NCBI GenBank assembly: GCA_963733035.1
Contig: CAVTBU010000009.1
Location: 128,001-192,000 of the forward strand
Reading direction: 5' to 3'
DNA: 64,000 nucleotides
From: Pirellulales bacterium
GTDB taxonomy: Bacteria > Planctomycetota > Planctomycetia > Pirellulales > PALSA-1355
Shown here: positions 29,560-40,648 of the stretch, piece by piece
Numbering within the stretch: position 1 is the first letter of the stretch
Layout: each line of letters starts with the position of its first letter
The notes under the pieces: generated by a model
The model's database searches: none
What the model saw: the letters and a program-made list of their open reading frames with translations, nothing else
Told to the model about the DNA's origin: nothing
Position numbers and translations under genes: made by a program

Positions 29560-32500
29560 TCAATTGCCGGCGTCAGAAGCAGAAGCGGCCGCCGAATCGC
29601 TGACGCGAGCACCGGGAAGCAGCAGATTATTGAATCGGTCGACCGGTTGGTCGGCCGTCCATGCCATGCCCCGCAACACGAGTAGCCGGAACAGCTGATC
29701 GTCAAACGTCCAGCTGTAGTGTCCCAGAATGCAAGCGAATACGCGTCCCTGGCCGGGCCGGTAGGTCCAGAGCAGCGGTCGCGGCATGCCGTCTTCGACT
29801 TGGGTGGCCAGCACCTGGACGCGGCTCTCATCGCCGATGAGTTGCCAATAGCTTTCGTCGACGAAATGCAGGGTGGTAAAGCCCGCCGTGATGGGATGTG
29901 GCTGTGGCATGCGCAGATTGAGATCGAGTTCGCCGTGGCGGTATTTCGACCCGTCGGGGTTCCAGGCCAAACCGATTCGCTCCGCGTATTCTTCCGGCGC
30001 CCGTTGGCCGTTGACAGCGTAGTGCAACAGCACGAGTCCGCCGCCACGATCGAAATAGGCGTCAAGTTCTCGTGCGCGCGCCGGCGCCCAGGCTGGGTTG
30101 GCCGAAAACATCACGATGACGTCGGCCGTTTCCCACTGCTGGGGCGTCGGCCACGGGTCGGCCGTTTCGACAGTTACCGCGGCAGCGAGGTTTAGCAACC
30201 GGGTCCATCGCGCCTGCCAGGCCGGGTAGTCATGTTCGCCGGGGCCATGGTCTTTGGGACCGGCGACAAGTACGATCTCGAGCGGTTTGAGCTGTTCAAA
30301 GTCGACCGGTTTGGCATCGCGGAGGACGGCACCGATCTCCGCCCGTGTTCGCGCTGGCGGCGCGCCGGGTTGTTCGATGGGTGCCGGCTTTAAATCGCTC
30401 GGTTCGGCCAGCAGGAGAAAGCAGAGCAGGTCGCGCATCGCGTTCTCGCCAAGCAGTTTCGGAATCCCTTCCGGCATAATCGAAATCGTGGCTGGTTTCA
30501 TTTCCTCAACACTATCTCGCCGCACCTCGGTTTCAAGCCCCTTGGCGTCGCCGATCCGCAGCAGGTCGCCTTGTGGCTTGACCATGCCCGTCAGCACGCG
30601 GCCATCGTCGAGCACCACGTTGTAGGCCTGGTTGTCGGGGTTGATCGCAAAACTGGGATGCGTGATGTCGCGCAGCACGGAAGTGTAGTCGCGATGCACG
30701 AGGTTCGACAGGTCCGGTCCAATCCAACCGCCGCGACCACTCACGGTGTGACACTTTCCGCATTGTGCCTTTTCGCCGTAAAAGAGCTCGCGGCCGCGGT
30801 GCCAGTCGCCACCGGCCAGCTCGGCCTGCGCAGCGGACATCGGCCCAGACGTGTCATCCGATCGTCGTGCCCAGGGGAGCATGAACTTTCGCGGCTGAAA
30901 GGCTCGAGGGCGAGGGTCTTCGTCGGTGTGCCAACTGGCGGAGAGAACTTTGTCACCGCCACCGGTTGTCAGCACGATCTCGACAGGAATCCAATCGTTA
31001 CTCACCTCCTCTTTCGTCCATTCCAAACGATGCGTACCGTCAATCGTCGGCTTCGAGTGATGCTCTTTCTCGCCATCGACAAACGTTAGAGGCGCGGCTG
31101 ACGTGAGCACAACGGTAACGTTCTCCGGGGGAAATTCCGCATCCGGCGTCGAGCCGGGCTGCACGGCCGGCCGCAGCATGCGCGAAAGGTCGAGTTGTGA
31201 ACGAAGCGTCATCGTTCCGGGGATTGAGGAAATCTCCGCGAGGCGGTCGGCTTCGGCAGTGCCCACGATCAGTCCTCTTGCCGCGCCCAAATCGACATGC
31301 GGCAGCCAGCTCTGCCAGTCCGACTTCCCATCGGCCGACCGCCACTCCGCCTCGACTCCCGACAGATCGTAGCTGACTTCCACATCGGGAAGCTGCGGCA
31401 GCGCGTCGGCTGGGCTTGAAGACATTTCGTTGGCCGTTGGGAAGATCGCGGCATAGCCAACGGCCTGGGCATGTGCCCCGGTATTCAATATCAGCGAACG
31501 CCGGTCGGCCGTGAGATTGGCCGCAAGCACCGGCAGCACTCCGCGCGGCGTTCGCATTTGCCGTTCGACGACGGCATAGCCGGGCCACAGCGACTCGAAA
31601 CGGTCGCCAGCCCGCACGTAGGCGCCGGATTCAATCATGGCGTTCGAGTAGCGTCGGAATTCTTCCGCGTCCAGCGGCCGATCAAAAGCGATGCGCACTT
31701 CATGCGGCGAGGCCGCCCAGGCGCGGACGGGCTGCGGTCGCTGCGGTTCGGCATAGTGCAACTTGTAGAGTTTGCCCTGACCGCTGGGCCCGCTTCCCCA
31801 GTCGGGTCCTCCACTGTGAACCGCTACAACCAGATCGCCGTCGGGCGATAAGCAAGAATCGATCGTGAGCATGTTGAGGCAACCGAGAACGTCGGCATCA
31901 GCCACGTAGCCTAAGTCGGTCTTCACGAGCGTCGTGCGGAACAGTTTGCCGCGGGAATACCCGCACACGAAGGCATTGTCCTGCCACCACGTCGGCCCAA
32001 ACGTCTGACCGCCTGGGACGATGGGTTGATTGAAACAAAGTCCACACGTGCTTTGATGTTGGGGAGCAAAATCATATACGCTGGGTTCGTCGAAAACGTC
32101 GGGCAAGTGTTTGGGATGCCGCGGCGGGAAGCCGTAATGCCGCCCCGCTTGAATATGGAGCAGTTCATCGAACGGATTGCCGTTGGGTAGCCAGGTGGCC
32201 CCTTCCTGGTCGGTGCAAAACAAGTCGCCACGGCGGTTGAAGGCCAGTCCGACCGGAAAGCGGATGCCCGAGCAGATTGGTTCGTAGTGTTTGAAGTCGG
32301 GGCTCACCCGCACAATTGCGCCGCGTACGGTACCCGGCACGTAATGCGATTGCCCCTTTTCGTCGACCAGGTGGCCGTTGGTATAGTCCGACGTGCCGGT
32401 GCCAAAGTAGATGCTACCGTCCGGTGCAACGGCCACTCCCAGCGCATCGGTGCTCTGCTTGATGGGCGTCCAGCCGTCGGCCACCACGATTAATTCATCG

Positions 32501-33756
32501 CCGCGGTCGTCGCCGTCTTTATCGACCACCAGCACCACCTGTCCGCGCGACGCAATGAACACTCCGTCGCCACGATCATATCCCGGCGGCGTCAGCGCCA
32601 TGCCAACTGGCACGGTGAATCCAGGGCGGTCCCAAAACATTTCCGCGTGGTCTTCCAGGCCGTCGCCGTCGGTGTCGCTGAGTAGGAAGATGCGACCGTC
32701 GTAGCTGACTGCCAGCAGCTTGCCGTCGGGACGAAAACGGACGTTGTTCAAGTTTGGTAGTTCGACGGGCAATTGCCGCGCGGTAAAGCCTGGCGCGAAA
32801 AGTTGCACTGGCGGCGGATCTTCAACCTTGGGGATAACCCGGGCCGCCAGCAGGTCGCGGGGCAGCGGACACATCCGCGCGTCGCCATATTTTCGCTGCA
32901 AGTAGCGGTCGACCTCGTCGATCTCAGAGGCAGACAGGCGGCGGTCGTAAATCAAGATTTCGGCAATCTCACCCCGCAGGAAGCCGGTAGCCTGGGGTGC
33001 ACCACCGTGATGCACAAAGCGGGCCCCGACGGTGAGGCGGTCCAAATGGATCGTGCCAGAGGCACGATCGCGCTGCTCGGCCGGCTGACCGTCGACGTGG
33101 AGGGCGGTTCCACCTGCGCCAGGTGTCGAGGCCACGCACATTCGCACGAGTTGGCCAAATGGCGTTTCATCGTGCTTTAGATTGCGAGCACCACCGAAGC
33201 CCGGCCCCTCGACATTAATTGCGGCAAACTTACGCGAACTGCCGGGCCCCTGATCAATGTTCAGCCCGGACACGTAGTCGTTCTGGCCGTCGCGATTGAA
33301 GGACAGAAAGGCCCGGAACCCGCCGTCGTTTGTGAACGGCGTGCCGACCACGAAGACGGTCACGTCGTTGAAAGACAGGTTCAAGTCGCCGGCAAAGAGC
33401 ACGTCGTTGTCGCCGTCGAAGTGCACGAAGGCGAGTTCGTCTTGGACGTCGTCAAAACGAATCACGGGACGATCGGACGTGACCGGTTGACGCAGGTTTC
33501 GACCGGCACCGGAGGCATCGTGCCACAGATCGACGCGCGAACCGTTCTTCCAGCGGTTCTTGCCGGCGGCCGCACGGGCGGCGGGTTCGACGCCCGCATC
33601 GTACCAGGCGACAAGTCCTTCAGTGAATTTGAGGTTTTTGTCGGCCCATGGTTCGACGGCATCGGCGGTGGAGCGCGTTGCCAGCGCGACGACCAACATG
33701 ATCCAAATACTTCGCAACCACATCCTCGTGAATCGAGGTGTCTTGAGGGCCTGCAT
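29560..33756 (-). CDS. Large PVC-type heme-binding protein: LamG-like domain, sugar-dehydrogenase-like beta-propeller, cytochrome c (CxxCH) and C-terminal ThuA-like domain
   Basis: GEIAEILIYDRRLS; DTDGDG; GIRFPVGLAFN; DQEG; CGKCH..GPDLS; SIMPEG; KDHGPGEHDY; FVDESYW; GRVF..ILGH. Confidence 0.8.
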   Translation of the reverse strand: MQALKTPRFTRMWLRSIWIMLVVALATRSTADAVEPWADKNLKFTEGLVAWYDAGVEPAARAAAGKNRWKNGSRVDLWHDASGAGRNLRQPVTSDRPVIRFDDVQDELAFVHFDGDNDVLFAGDLNLSFNDVTVFVVGTPFTNDGGFRAFLSFNRDGQNDYVSGLNIDQGPGSSRKFAAINVEGPGFGGARNLKHDETPFGQLVRMCVASTPGAGGTALHVDGQPAEQRDRASGTIHLDRLTVGARFVHHGGAPQATGFLRGEIAEILIYDRRLSASEIDEVDRYLQRKYGDARMCPLPRDLLAARVIPKVEDPPPVQLFAPGFTARQLPVELPNLNNVRFRPDGKLLAVSYDGRIFLLSDTDGDGLEDHAEMFWDRPGFTVPVGMALTPPGYDRGDGVFIASRGQVVLVVDKDGDDRGDELIVVADGWTPIKQSTDALGVAVAPDGSIYFGTGTSDYTNGHLVDEKGQSHYVPGTVRGAIVRVSPDFKHYEPICSGIRFPVGLAFNRRGDLFCTDQEGATWLPNGNPFDELLHIQAGRHYGFPPRHPKHLPDVFDEPSVYDFAPQHQSTCGLCFNQPIVPGGQTFGPTWWQDNAFVCGYSRGKLFRTTLVKTDLGYVADADVLGCLNMLTIDSCLSPDGDLVVAVHSGGPDWGSGPSGQGKLYKLHYAEPQRPQPVRAWAASPHEVRIAFDRPLDAEEFRRYSNAMIESGAYVRAGDRFESLWPGYAVVERQMRTPRGVLPVLAANLTADRRSLILNTGAHAQAVGYAAIFPTANEMSSSPADALPQLPDVEVSYDLSGVEAEWRSADGKSDWQSWLPHVDLGAARGLIVGTAEADRLAEISSIPGTMTLRSQLDLSRMLRPAVQPGSTPDAEFPPENVTVVLTSAAPLTFVDGEKEHHSKPTIDGTHRLEWTKEEVSNDWIPVEIVLTTGGGDKVLSASWHTDEDPRPRAFQPRKFMLPWARRSDDTSGPMSAAQAELAGGDWHRGRELFYGEKAQCGKCHTVSGRGGWIGPDLSNLVHRDYTSVLRDITHPSFAINPDNQAYNVVLDDGRVLTGMVKPQGDLLRIGDAKGLETEVRRDSVEEMKPATISIMPEGIPKLLGENAMRDLLCFLLLAEPSDLKPAPIEQPGAPPARTRAEIGAVLRDAKPVDFEQLKPLEIVLVAGPKDHGPGEHDYPAWQARWTRLLNLAAAVTVETADPWPTPQQWETADVIVMFSANPAWAPARARELDAYFDRGGGLVLLHYAVNGQRAPEEYAERIGLAWNPDGSKYRHGELDLNLRMPQPHPITAGFTTLHFVDESYWQLIGDESRVQVLATQVEDGMPRPLLWTYRPGQGRVFACILGHYSWTFDDQLFRLLVLRGMAWTADQPVDRFNNLLLPGARVSDSAAASASDAGN

Positions 33757-33959
33757 TGTACGTCTCGCGTCCGGATCACAAGATTGGTATGTGAGACTTG
33801 CGGTTGCCTGTCACCTTAACTTGCCGTCGGGGCAACAGTCCAGCTTCGATGGCCCCGTGAATGGTACCGGCCAAATTCGCGGGCCGGAAATCGGCATGTT
33901 ATAGTAGCGCGGGCCTGCCAACGGCCTCTTTTCTTGAATTCTCGCCGGAGCTGCTTGCT

Positions 33960-35667
33960 ATGTTGCGACGATGCCTGCTCGCCGGGGCTCTGCTGTTGAA
34001 CTCCCTTCCCACCCTCATAGCCGCCGGTCCAATCTATGACACGATCCTGCGGGGCGGCACCGTGTACGACGGTCAAGGCGGACCGGGACGCGAGGTTGAC
34101 GTGGCGATCGTCGGCGACCGAATCGCGGCCATCGGCAATTTGGCAGACGCCAAGGCGAAGCGAGTGATCGACGTTAGCGGTCAGGCGGTCGCCCCTGGTT
34201 TTATCAATATGCTGAGCTGGGCCACCGTGTCGCTGCTGGCGGACGGGCATTCGCAGGCCGACATTCGCCAGGGCGTCACGCTCGAGGTATTTGGAGAAGG
34301 TTTCTCGATGGGGCCGCTCAACCCGCGCATGAAGCAGGACATGCTCGAGCGGCAAGGGGACATTCAGTACGCGGTTCCCTGGACGACGCTGGCCGAATAC
34401 CTGACCCACCTCCAGACGCGGGGGGTGTCATGCAATGTGGCGTCGTTTCTTGGCGCGACGACGGTTCGCATCAATGTACTCGGCTATCAGGACCGCCGAC
34501 CGACGCCCAAGGAGCTCGACGAAATGCGGGCCATCGTGCGACAGGCCATGGAGGAGGGCGCCCTGGGAATCGGCTCGTCGCTCATCTATGCGCCGGCCTT
34601 TTATGCCGACACGCACGAGTTGATCGAGCTTTGCAAAGTTGCCGCCGAATACGACGGGATGTACATCTCGCACATTCGCAGCGAAGGCAATCAACTGGTC
34701 GAGGCCGTGGAAGAGTTAATCAAAATTGCACGCGAGGCGAACCTGCCGGCGGAGATATATCACCTGAAAGCGGCCGGCAAGGAAAACTGGCCGAAGCGCG
34801 AGCGGGTGGTCGAATTGGTTGAGCAAGCCCGGGCCGGCGGCGTGCGAATCACGGCCGACATGTATCTCTACACCGCGGGGGCGACTGGATTGAACGGCGC
34901 GATGCCTCCCTGGGTGCAAGAAGGAGGCTTGCGAAAGTGGATTGAGCGGATGCGTGATCCAGAGACGCGCAAACGGGTGGCCGAGGAGATGCGGACACCA
35001 ACCGACGAGTGGGAAAATTTGCTATTGGCCGCCGGCTCACCCGAAAATGTGTTGTTGGTCGGCTTCAAAAACCCAACGCTCAAGCACCTGACCGGCAAGA
35101 CGCTGGCCGAGGTCGCAGCCCGGCGGGGCACTTCGCCCGAGGAGACGGCAATGGACCTGGTGATCGAGGACGACAGCCGGGTCGACACGGTTTATTTCAT
35201 GATGAATGAAGACGACGTGAAGAAGAACATCGCGCTGCCGTGGGTCAGTTTCGGCTCGGATGCTTCGTCGCCGGCGGCCGAAGGGGCATTTTTGCTCTCT
35301 CAACCGCATCCGCGCACCTACGGCAATTTCGCCCGCTTGCTAGGTAAGTACGTGCGCGACGAGAAAGTGATTCCCACTGGAAGAAGCGATCCGCAAACTG
35401 ACCGGCCTGCCGGCCACGAACCTGGGACTGACCGACCGCGGGCTGCTCAAGGAAGGCTACTACGCCGACGTCGTGGTATTCGATCCGGCGACGATCCAGG
35501 ATCATGCCACCTACGCCGAGCCGCATCAATACGCCACGGGCATGCAGCACGTTTTCGTAAACGGGATGCAGGTGTTGGCCGCCGGAGAGCATACCGGCGC
35601 GACGCCGGGGAGGGCGGTGTGGGGAAAGGGGAGGAAGGAAGCCAAGCCTCAGCGGAATGAGGAATGA
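33960..35667 (+). CDS. N-acyl-D-amino-acid deacylase (D-aminoacylase); apparent frameshift near 35375
   Basis: GGTVYDG, VAPGFIN, GVTLEVFGEG, SHIRSEG, HPRTYGNF. After removing one C the frame continues LEEAIRKLTGLPA...ADVVVFDP. Confidence 0.85.
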
Positions 35668-35682
35668 GAAAGTCCGCGGAGC

Positions 35683-36248
35683 TCAAGCGCTCTTGTCGCG
35701 CGCCGCTTCCAGCATTTTCATCCAGGGCCCGATGTAATGCCCGTGGTCGTGGTACGTGCGGCCGCTGACCAGGTTGCCGTCGATGACGCAGGGTTCGTTG
35801 ACGAACGTGCCGCCACAGACTTCCAGGTCGAATTTGCACTTGGGCACCGTGGCCATGCGGCGGCCTTTGACGCAGCCGGCGCGAGCGGGGATCTCCACGC
35901 CGTGGCAGACGCTGGCGATGGGTTTGTTCTTTTCGAAGAAGTGGCGCGTGATGCGAAGCAGGTCTTCATCTTCGCGAATGTACTCTGGCGCCCGGCCGCC
36001 GCTGAAGAAGATGCCGAGGTACTCGTCGGGGTTGATGTCGGCAAAGGCGATGTCGGCTTCGATCGTGTAGCCTTCCCATTCCTTGGTGATCGTCCAGCCG
36101 GGCTTCACTTCGTGGAGCACCATCTGGTAACGCCGCTTTTCGGCGCGGCCACGACAGGCTTGAAGCCCCCTTCGATGAGTCGGTAGTAAGGATAGAGCGT
36201 ATCGACGGTTTCGGTCGCATCTCCCACGATGATCAACACCTGATCCAT
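35683..36248 (-). CDS. DJ-1/PfpI family protein; apparent frameshift near 36142
   Basis: MDQVLIIVGDATETVDTLYP in one frame. SGGRAPEYIR, SVCHG (catalytic Cys) and DGNLVSGRT in the other. Confidence 0.85.
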
Positions 36249-36405
36249 GATTTCTCCGCTTGCTAGCACGCCAAAACTTGAACTGCTGTAGGTCGAAGCG
36301 ACCCGCCGCCATTAGAATCAGCTGTCCCAGCGGGGTCAAACGACGTTGCGGGTCAGGAAGACCTGGCATGATTCCCGCCTCAAGGCATGCCGGAGGCCGG
36401 CCAGG

Positions 36406-37524
36406 GTGAAAGCATTCGACTATCTCGTCGTGGGCGGTGGTATGTTCGGCGCGGTGTTCGCGCGGAGAGCCGCCGAAGGCGGGCAGCGAGTGCGCCTGAT
36501 CGATAAGCGAGATCACATCGCCGGCAATTGCTACTCCGAAAAGATCGCCGGCATTGAGGTGCACCGCTACGGCCCGCACATCTTTCATACGGACAACGAG
36601 CGGGTTTGGCGGTTCCTGAATCGTTTCGCCCGCTTCAATCACTATCGGCATCATGGCCGCGTTCGCTATGGCGGTCGCACGTTTTCATTTCCGATCAACC
36701 TGATGACGCTCTCGCAGTTGTGGGGCGTCAACACGCCGGCCGAAGCGGAGCAAAAACTGGCCGCGGTGCGCGTTCCATGCGAAAACCCTCGAAACCTGCG
36801 CGATTGGATTCTCTCGCAGGTGGGCGAGGAATTGTACGAAGTGTTCGTGCGTGGATACACGACCAAGCAATGGGGCCGCGACCCGGCGGACCTGCCGCCC
36901 TCGATCATTCGGCGAATTCCGATTCGGCAGACCTATGACGACCGCTATTTTGCCGACGAATTCCAAGGGATTCCAATCGGCGGATATACCGCCATGTTCG
37001 AGAACATGCTCGATCACCATGCCATCGACATTGTGCTGGGGATCGACTACTTCGAGCATGCGAGCGAGTTGGAGTCCGCGTCCGCTAAAGTGGTTTATAC
37101 GGGCAAGATCGACGAGTACTTTGACTATCGTTTCGGCGAGTTGGAGTACCGGTCGCTGCGATTCGAGAACGAAGTGCTGGCCGGCGATTTCCAGGGAGCC
37201 GCCATCGTCAATTACACCGAGGCCGAGGTGCCGTACACGCGGATCACCGAACACAAGCACTTCGAGTTTCAGACCTCGGCCCAAACGGTCATCACGCGCG
37301 AGTATCCCGCCAAGTGTGATCGCAACCAGGTGCCGTATTATCCGATTCGCGATGCGGCCAATTCGGCGCTCTATGAGCAGTATCGTGCCGAGGCCCAGCG
37401 TGCCGGCTTGTTGCTGGGCGGCCGCCTGGCGACGTACCAGTACTATGACATGCACCAGGTCGTCGCCCAGGCGCTGACGCTGGCCGACAAAGAGTTTGCC
37501 AGCTCGCGAAGAATTGCAGCATAA
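36406..37524 (+). CDS. glf: UDP-galactopyranose mutase
   Basis: DYLVVGGGMFG, HIAGNCYS, HRYGPHIFHT, YTTKQWG, LEYRSLRF, YTRITEHKHF, PYYP, GRLATYQYYDMHQV. Confidence 0.95.
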   Translation: MKAFDYLVVGGGMFGAVFARRAAEGGQRVRLIDKRDHIAGNCYSEKIAGIEVHRYGPHIFHTDNERVWRFLNRFARFNHYRHHGRVRYGGRTFSFPINLMTLSQLWGVNTPAEAEQKLAAVRVPCENPRNLRDWILSQVGEELYEVFVRGYTTKQWGRDPADLPPSIIRRIPIRQTYDDRYFADEFQGIPIGGYTAMFENMLDHHAIDIVLGIDYFEHASELESASAKVVYTGKIDEYFDYRFGELEYRSLRFENEVLAGDFQGAAIVNYTEAEVPYTRITEHKHFEFQTSAQTVITREYPAKCDRNQVPYYPIRDAANSALYEQYRAEAQRAGLLLGGRLATYQYYDMHQVVAQALTLADKEFASSRRIAA

Positions 37525-37542
37525 CGCCGATTGAGACTCTAC

Positions 37543-38337
37543 ATGTCCCAAACACGTCGCAATCTCGTGATCAGCCCGATCGGCGATGAATCGATGCACG
37601 CAAGCTGGCTGTCCGGTGGTGAGGATCGCTCGTTCGATTTGTTCCTGGTGCATTACGGCCAATGCGTCGACTTCGGTCGCAGCGACGCCGAACACTATCT
37701 GAGCCGCCAGGGTTTCAAATGGGAACTGCTCGACTATGTCGCGCAGGAACATCGCGCGATGCTCGAGCGCTACGAACGGATATGGTGCCCCGATTGCGAT
37801 ATCGGTGCCGATACCCAAAGCGTCAACCGCTTGTTCGCATTGCACGAACAGCACGCCTTGCAGCTTAGCCAGCCGGCCATCGCCGGCGGCGAAGTGACGT
37901 ATCAGTTTTTGCGCAAGCGTCCGGGCGTGGTACTGCGGTACACGCCGTTCGTGGAAGTGATGTGCCCGTTGTTCACGCGGGAGGCGTTCTTCCGCGTGCA
38001 ACCGACGTTCCTAGAGAGCCGATCCGGCTGGGGATTGGATTTGCTCTGGCCGCGGTATTTTGGCCGGCGTGAGATGGCGGTGATCGATGCTGTGGGCGTC
38101 GAACATACCGGAAAGCTCTTCCGGGGGGAGAACTACAGCAGCCTCGACAAGTTGGGCATCAATCCGGGCCAGGAACTACAGCGAATCATCACGACACACG
38201 GCGGATTCAACCGCCGCCTGCACCGCAAGCTCGTGCGGGGGCGAATCAAGTTGCCGGCAATCTTCGAATCGACGCGGCGAGTCAGTTTGGCCGAGCGATG
38301 CTGGGCGAGTCTGGGCCTCGGCCGGGCCCAAGCCTAG
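37543..38337 (+). CDS. DUF707-family putative glycosyltransferase-like protein
   Basis: FDLFLVHY, KW, YERIWCPDCD (DxD-like), LQLSQPA, FVEVMCPLF, GWGLDLLW, VIDAVGVEH. Confidence 0.65.
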   Translation: MSQTRRNLVISPIGDESMHASWLSGGEDRSFDLFLVHYGQCVDFGRSDAEHYLSRQGFKWELLDYVAQEHRAMLERYERIWCPDCDIGADTQSVNRLFALHEQHALQLSQPAIAGGEVTYQFLRKRPGVVLRYTPFVEVMCPLFTREAFFRVQPTFLESRSGWGLDLLWPRYFGRREMAVIDAVGVEHTGKLFRGENYSSLDKLGINPGQELQRIITTHGGFNRRLHRKLVRGRIKLPAIFESTRRVSLAERCWASLGLGRAQA

Positions 38338-39029
38338 TCGAACACCAGCGTTCCGAACTTCTCGTATTCGTGAAAGCTGGGGCCGACGCGAGCCCAATCC
38401 CAACTTGTGCTCCGATCGTCATCGTAGTCGACGCGGTAGAAGTTCGCCCGCCAGCGCGTGCCCGGCTTTGGCGGCACGTTGCCTAGCGGTTTGAGCAAAT
38501 CGTAGGGAACGAACACCTCGGCGGACCAGCCAGAGATTTTCGCTCCCGACTGTTTCTCGCCGCCGCGCACGGTGGTTGCCTTTTGGATTTTGCGGTCACC
38601 GTCGTAGTGCCAAGGACGCCAGCCGAGAAACTTGCCGCCGACATTAGGAATCAGAATCGGCAGTTCGTATCCCAGCGGCGATATTTCGTATTCGAAATAG
38701 AGTGGTAGCTGTTCGTCGGTCCAAAAGAAAAACTCGAAAACGTCCTCGTTCCACAGATCGAGAAAGTCTTCGCGCATCGTGGCGGTCACCCGGCCGTCAC
38801 TACCGGAGAAAAGAATGTAGACGCCTTGGTTCGAGTAGAGCAACTTGACCCGCGCGTCGTAAGGAAGTGCCGTCGAGTCGGTACTTCGCTTGGAGAGTTC
38901 CAGCCAGGCAGTGTTTTGCCAGGCGGGATTGCTGCCATCGCCCGTGATCTGGAAATCGACGGTACGTTTGACGTGCAAGGGACTGGACGCCTGGTCCGCG
39001 GCCATTGTCGCGCGCGAGGCAGGCAACAC
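38334..39029 (-). CDS. Carbohydrate-binding family 9-like (CBM9/DOMON-like) protein
   Basis: ITGDG...W, LWNEDVFEFF, YFEYEISPLG, WSAEVFVPY, WRANFYRVD, FH..EKFG. Start position uncertain. Confidence 0.75.
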   Translation of the reverse strand: MLPASRATMAADQASSPLHVKRTVDFQITGDGSNPAWQNTAWLELSKRSTDSTALPYDARVKLLYSNQGVYILFSGSDGRVTATMREDFLDLWNEDVFEFFFWTDEQLPLYFEYEISPLGYELPILIPNVGGKFLGWRPWHYDGDRKIQKATTVRGGEKQSGAKISGWSAEVFVPYDLLKPLGNVPPKPGTRWRANFYRVDYDDDRSTSWDWARVGPSFHEYEKFGTLVFD

Positions 39030-39286
39030 ACAACGTTAGCTGGAACAACAGTGAGACCGGATGACGAAGTGACACGATAAGATCTCTCAGGTAACACGGT
39101 GTTCGTCTAAGCCGCCGGCGGCCGTCCAACGTAGTCATCGCTGGTCTGCGTGTCGAGTTTCGAAACCACGCCGGGCAGCAATCCGCTGAAAACAGCCATT
39201 TGCAGTGGACGGGCTGGCCGTAGGGAGACATGATGAGGGCACCAAGAGGTATACAATATACCGAATGCCGCGATGGCGAATTGCTG

Positions 39287-40636
39287 ATGAATTCCGTTCA
39301 CCCCACGCCAACCCTCGAACCCAGCCGCATGGCTTGGAAGCATTGGCGGCTCGTGTTGCTGTTGATGGGGGTCTGCTTCCTGGGTCATTTCAATCGCATC
39401 AGTATGGCCACGGCTGCGGACCTGCGCATCATGTCCGAGTATGACATCTCCACGTCGAAGATGGGGACCGTCTATTCGGCATTTCTCCTGGCGTACACGC
39501 TGATGATGATTCCGGGAGGCTGGGTCATCGACCGGCGAGGAACACGATTTGCGCTGGCAGTGGTTTGCCTGGGCTCGGCGCTGTTCGTTGCGCTGACGGC
39601 CAGCGTGAGCCTGGCGTCGACTGCCGCGGTTGTGCTGGGGCTGTTGCTGGTGATCCGATTCCTGATGGGCGTGCTTAGCGCGCCGCTGCATCCGGCGGCG
39701 GCGACGGCCGTCTCGCTGGGGATTCCCGCCGCGCAACGTTCGGCGGCCAACGGCTTGATTACCGGGGCGGCGCTATTGGGTGTGGCGTCCACCTACGTCG
39801 TGTTCGGCCGATTGATCGACGTCGCCTGGCTGGATTGGCCGGGCGCTTTCATCGTCACCGCCGTGGCAACGGCGCTGTTGGGACTGCTGTGGCTCAACTT
39901 TGGCCCTCGCCGCGCGACGGCTGCGGAAGCCGGCTCGCCGCTGCCAGCGATGCACACGCCGGATATTGCCGCCGAAAACCGCTTTTGGCTTGTCCGCCAT
40001 AAAAACTTGATACTGCTCACGGCCAGTTACGCGGCCGTAGGTTACTTTCAATACCTCTTCTTCTATTGGATGCATCACTACTTCAGCGAAGTGCTGAAGT
40101 TGGGCGAAGACCAAAGCCGCTTCTATGCCAGCATTCCGCCACTGGCCATGGCGCTTGGAATGCCGCTCGGTGGGTTCCTGTCCGATCGGATCCTCGCCTC
40201 GTTTGGATGGCGTGCCGCGCGGCCGGGTCTGGCGTGTGCTGCCATGTGCGCGAGTGCCCTGTTACTTTGGGTGGGGGTGCGGGCGAGCGAGCCGACCTGG
40301 ATCGTCACCTGGCTTTCGCTGGCACTCGGAGTACTCGGCATGGCCGAGGGACCCTTCTGGGTGACCGCCGTCGAAGTCGGCGGTGCGCGGGGTGGATTGT
40401 CGGCGGCAATCTTCAACACCGGCGGCAACGCGGGCGGCATCCTTGCCCCGATGGCGACCCCATTCATCAGCGATGACTTGGGATTCGGCTGGCAAGTGGG
40501 TATTTCCGTCGGCAGCGTCGTCTGCCTCGCGGGGGCCGCCTGTTGGCTGTGGATTGATCACGGCTCGTCGACGACGCTTCGGGGGAATGTTCCATCCATC
40601 GCGCCCGACCCTAACCACGTTTCCCACGCAACCTGA
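39287..40636 (+). CDS. MFS transporter (anion:cation symporter-like)
   Basis: About 12 TM segments. YSAFLLAY, PGGWVIDRRG, GGFLSDR, FNTGGNAGG. Confidence 0.88.
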   Translation: MNSVHPTPTLEPSRMAWKHWRLVLLLMGVCFLGHFNRISMATAADLRIMSEYDISTSKMGTVYSAFLLAYTLMMIPGGWVIDRRGTRFALAVVCLGSALFVALTASVSLASTAAVVLGLLLVIRFLMGVLSAPLHPAAATAVSLGIPAAQRSAANGLITGAALLGVASTYVVFGRLIDVAWLDWPGAFIVTAVATALLGLLWLNFGPRRATAAEAGSPLPAMHTPDIAAENRFWLVRHKNLILLTASYAAVGYFQYLFFYWMHHYFSEVLKLGEDQSRFYASIPPLAMALGMPLGGFLSDRILASFGWRAARPGLACAAMCASALLLWVGVRASEPTWIVTWLSLALGVLGMAEGPFWVTAVEVGGARGGLSAAIFNTGGNAGGILAPMATPFISDDLGFGWQVGISVGSVVCLAGAACWLWIDHGSSTTLRGNVPSIAPDPNHVSHAT

Positions 40637-40648
40637 CCGGCCGACCGC

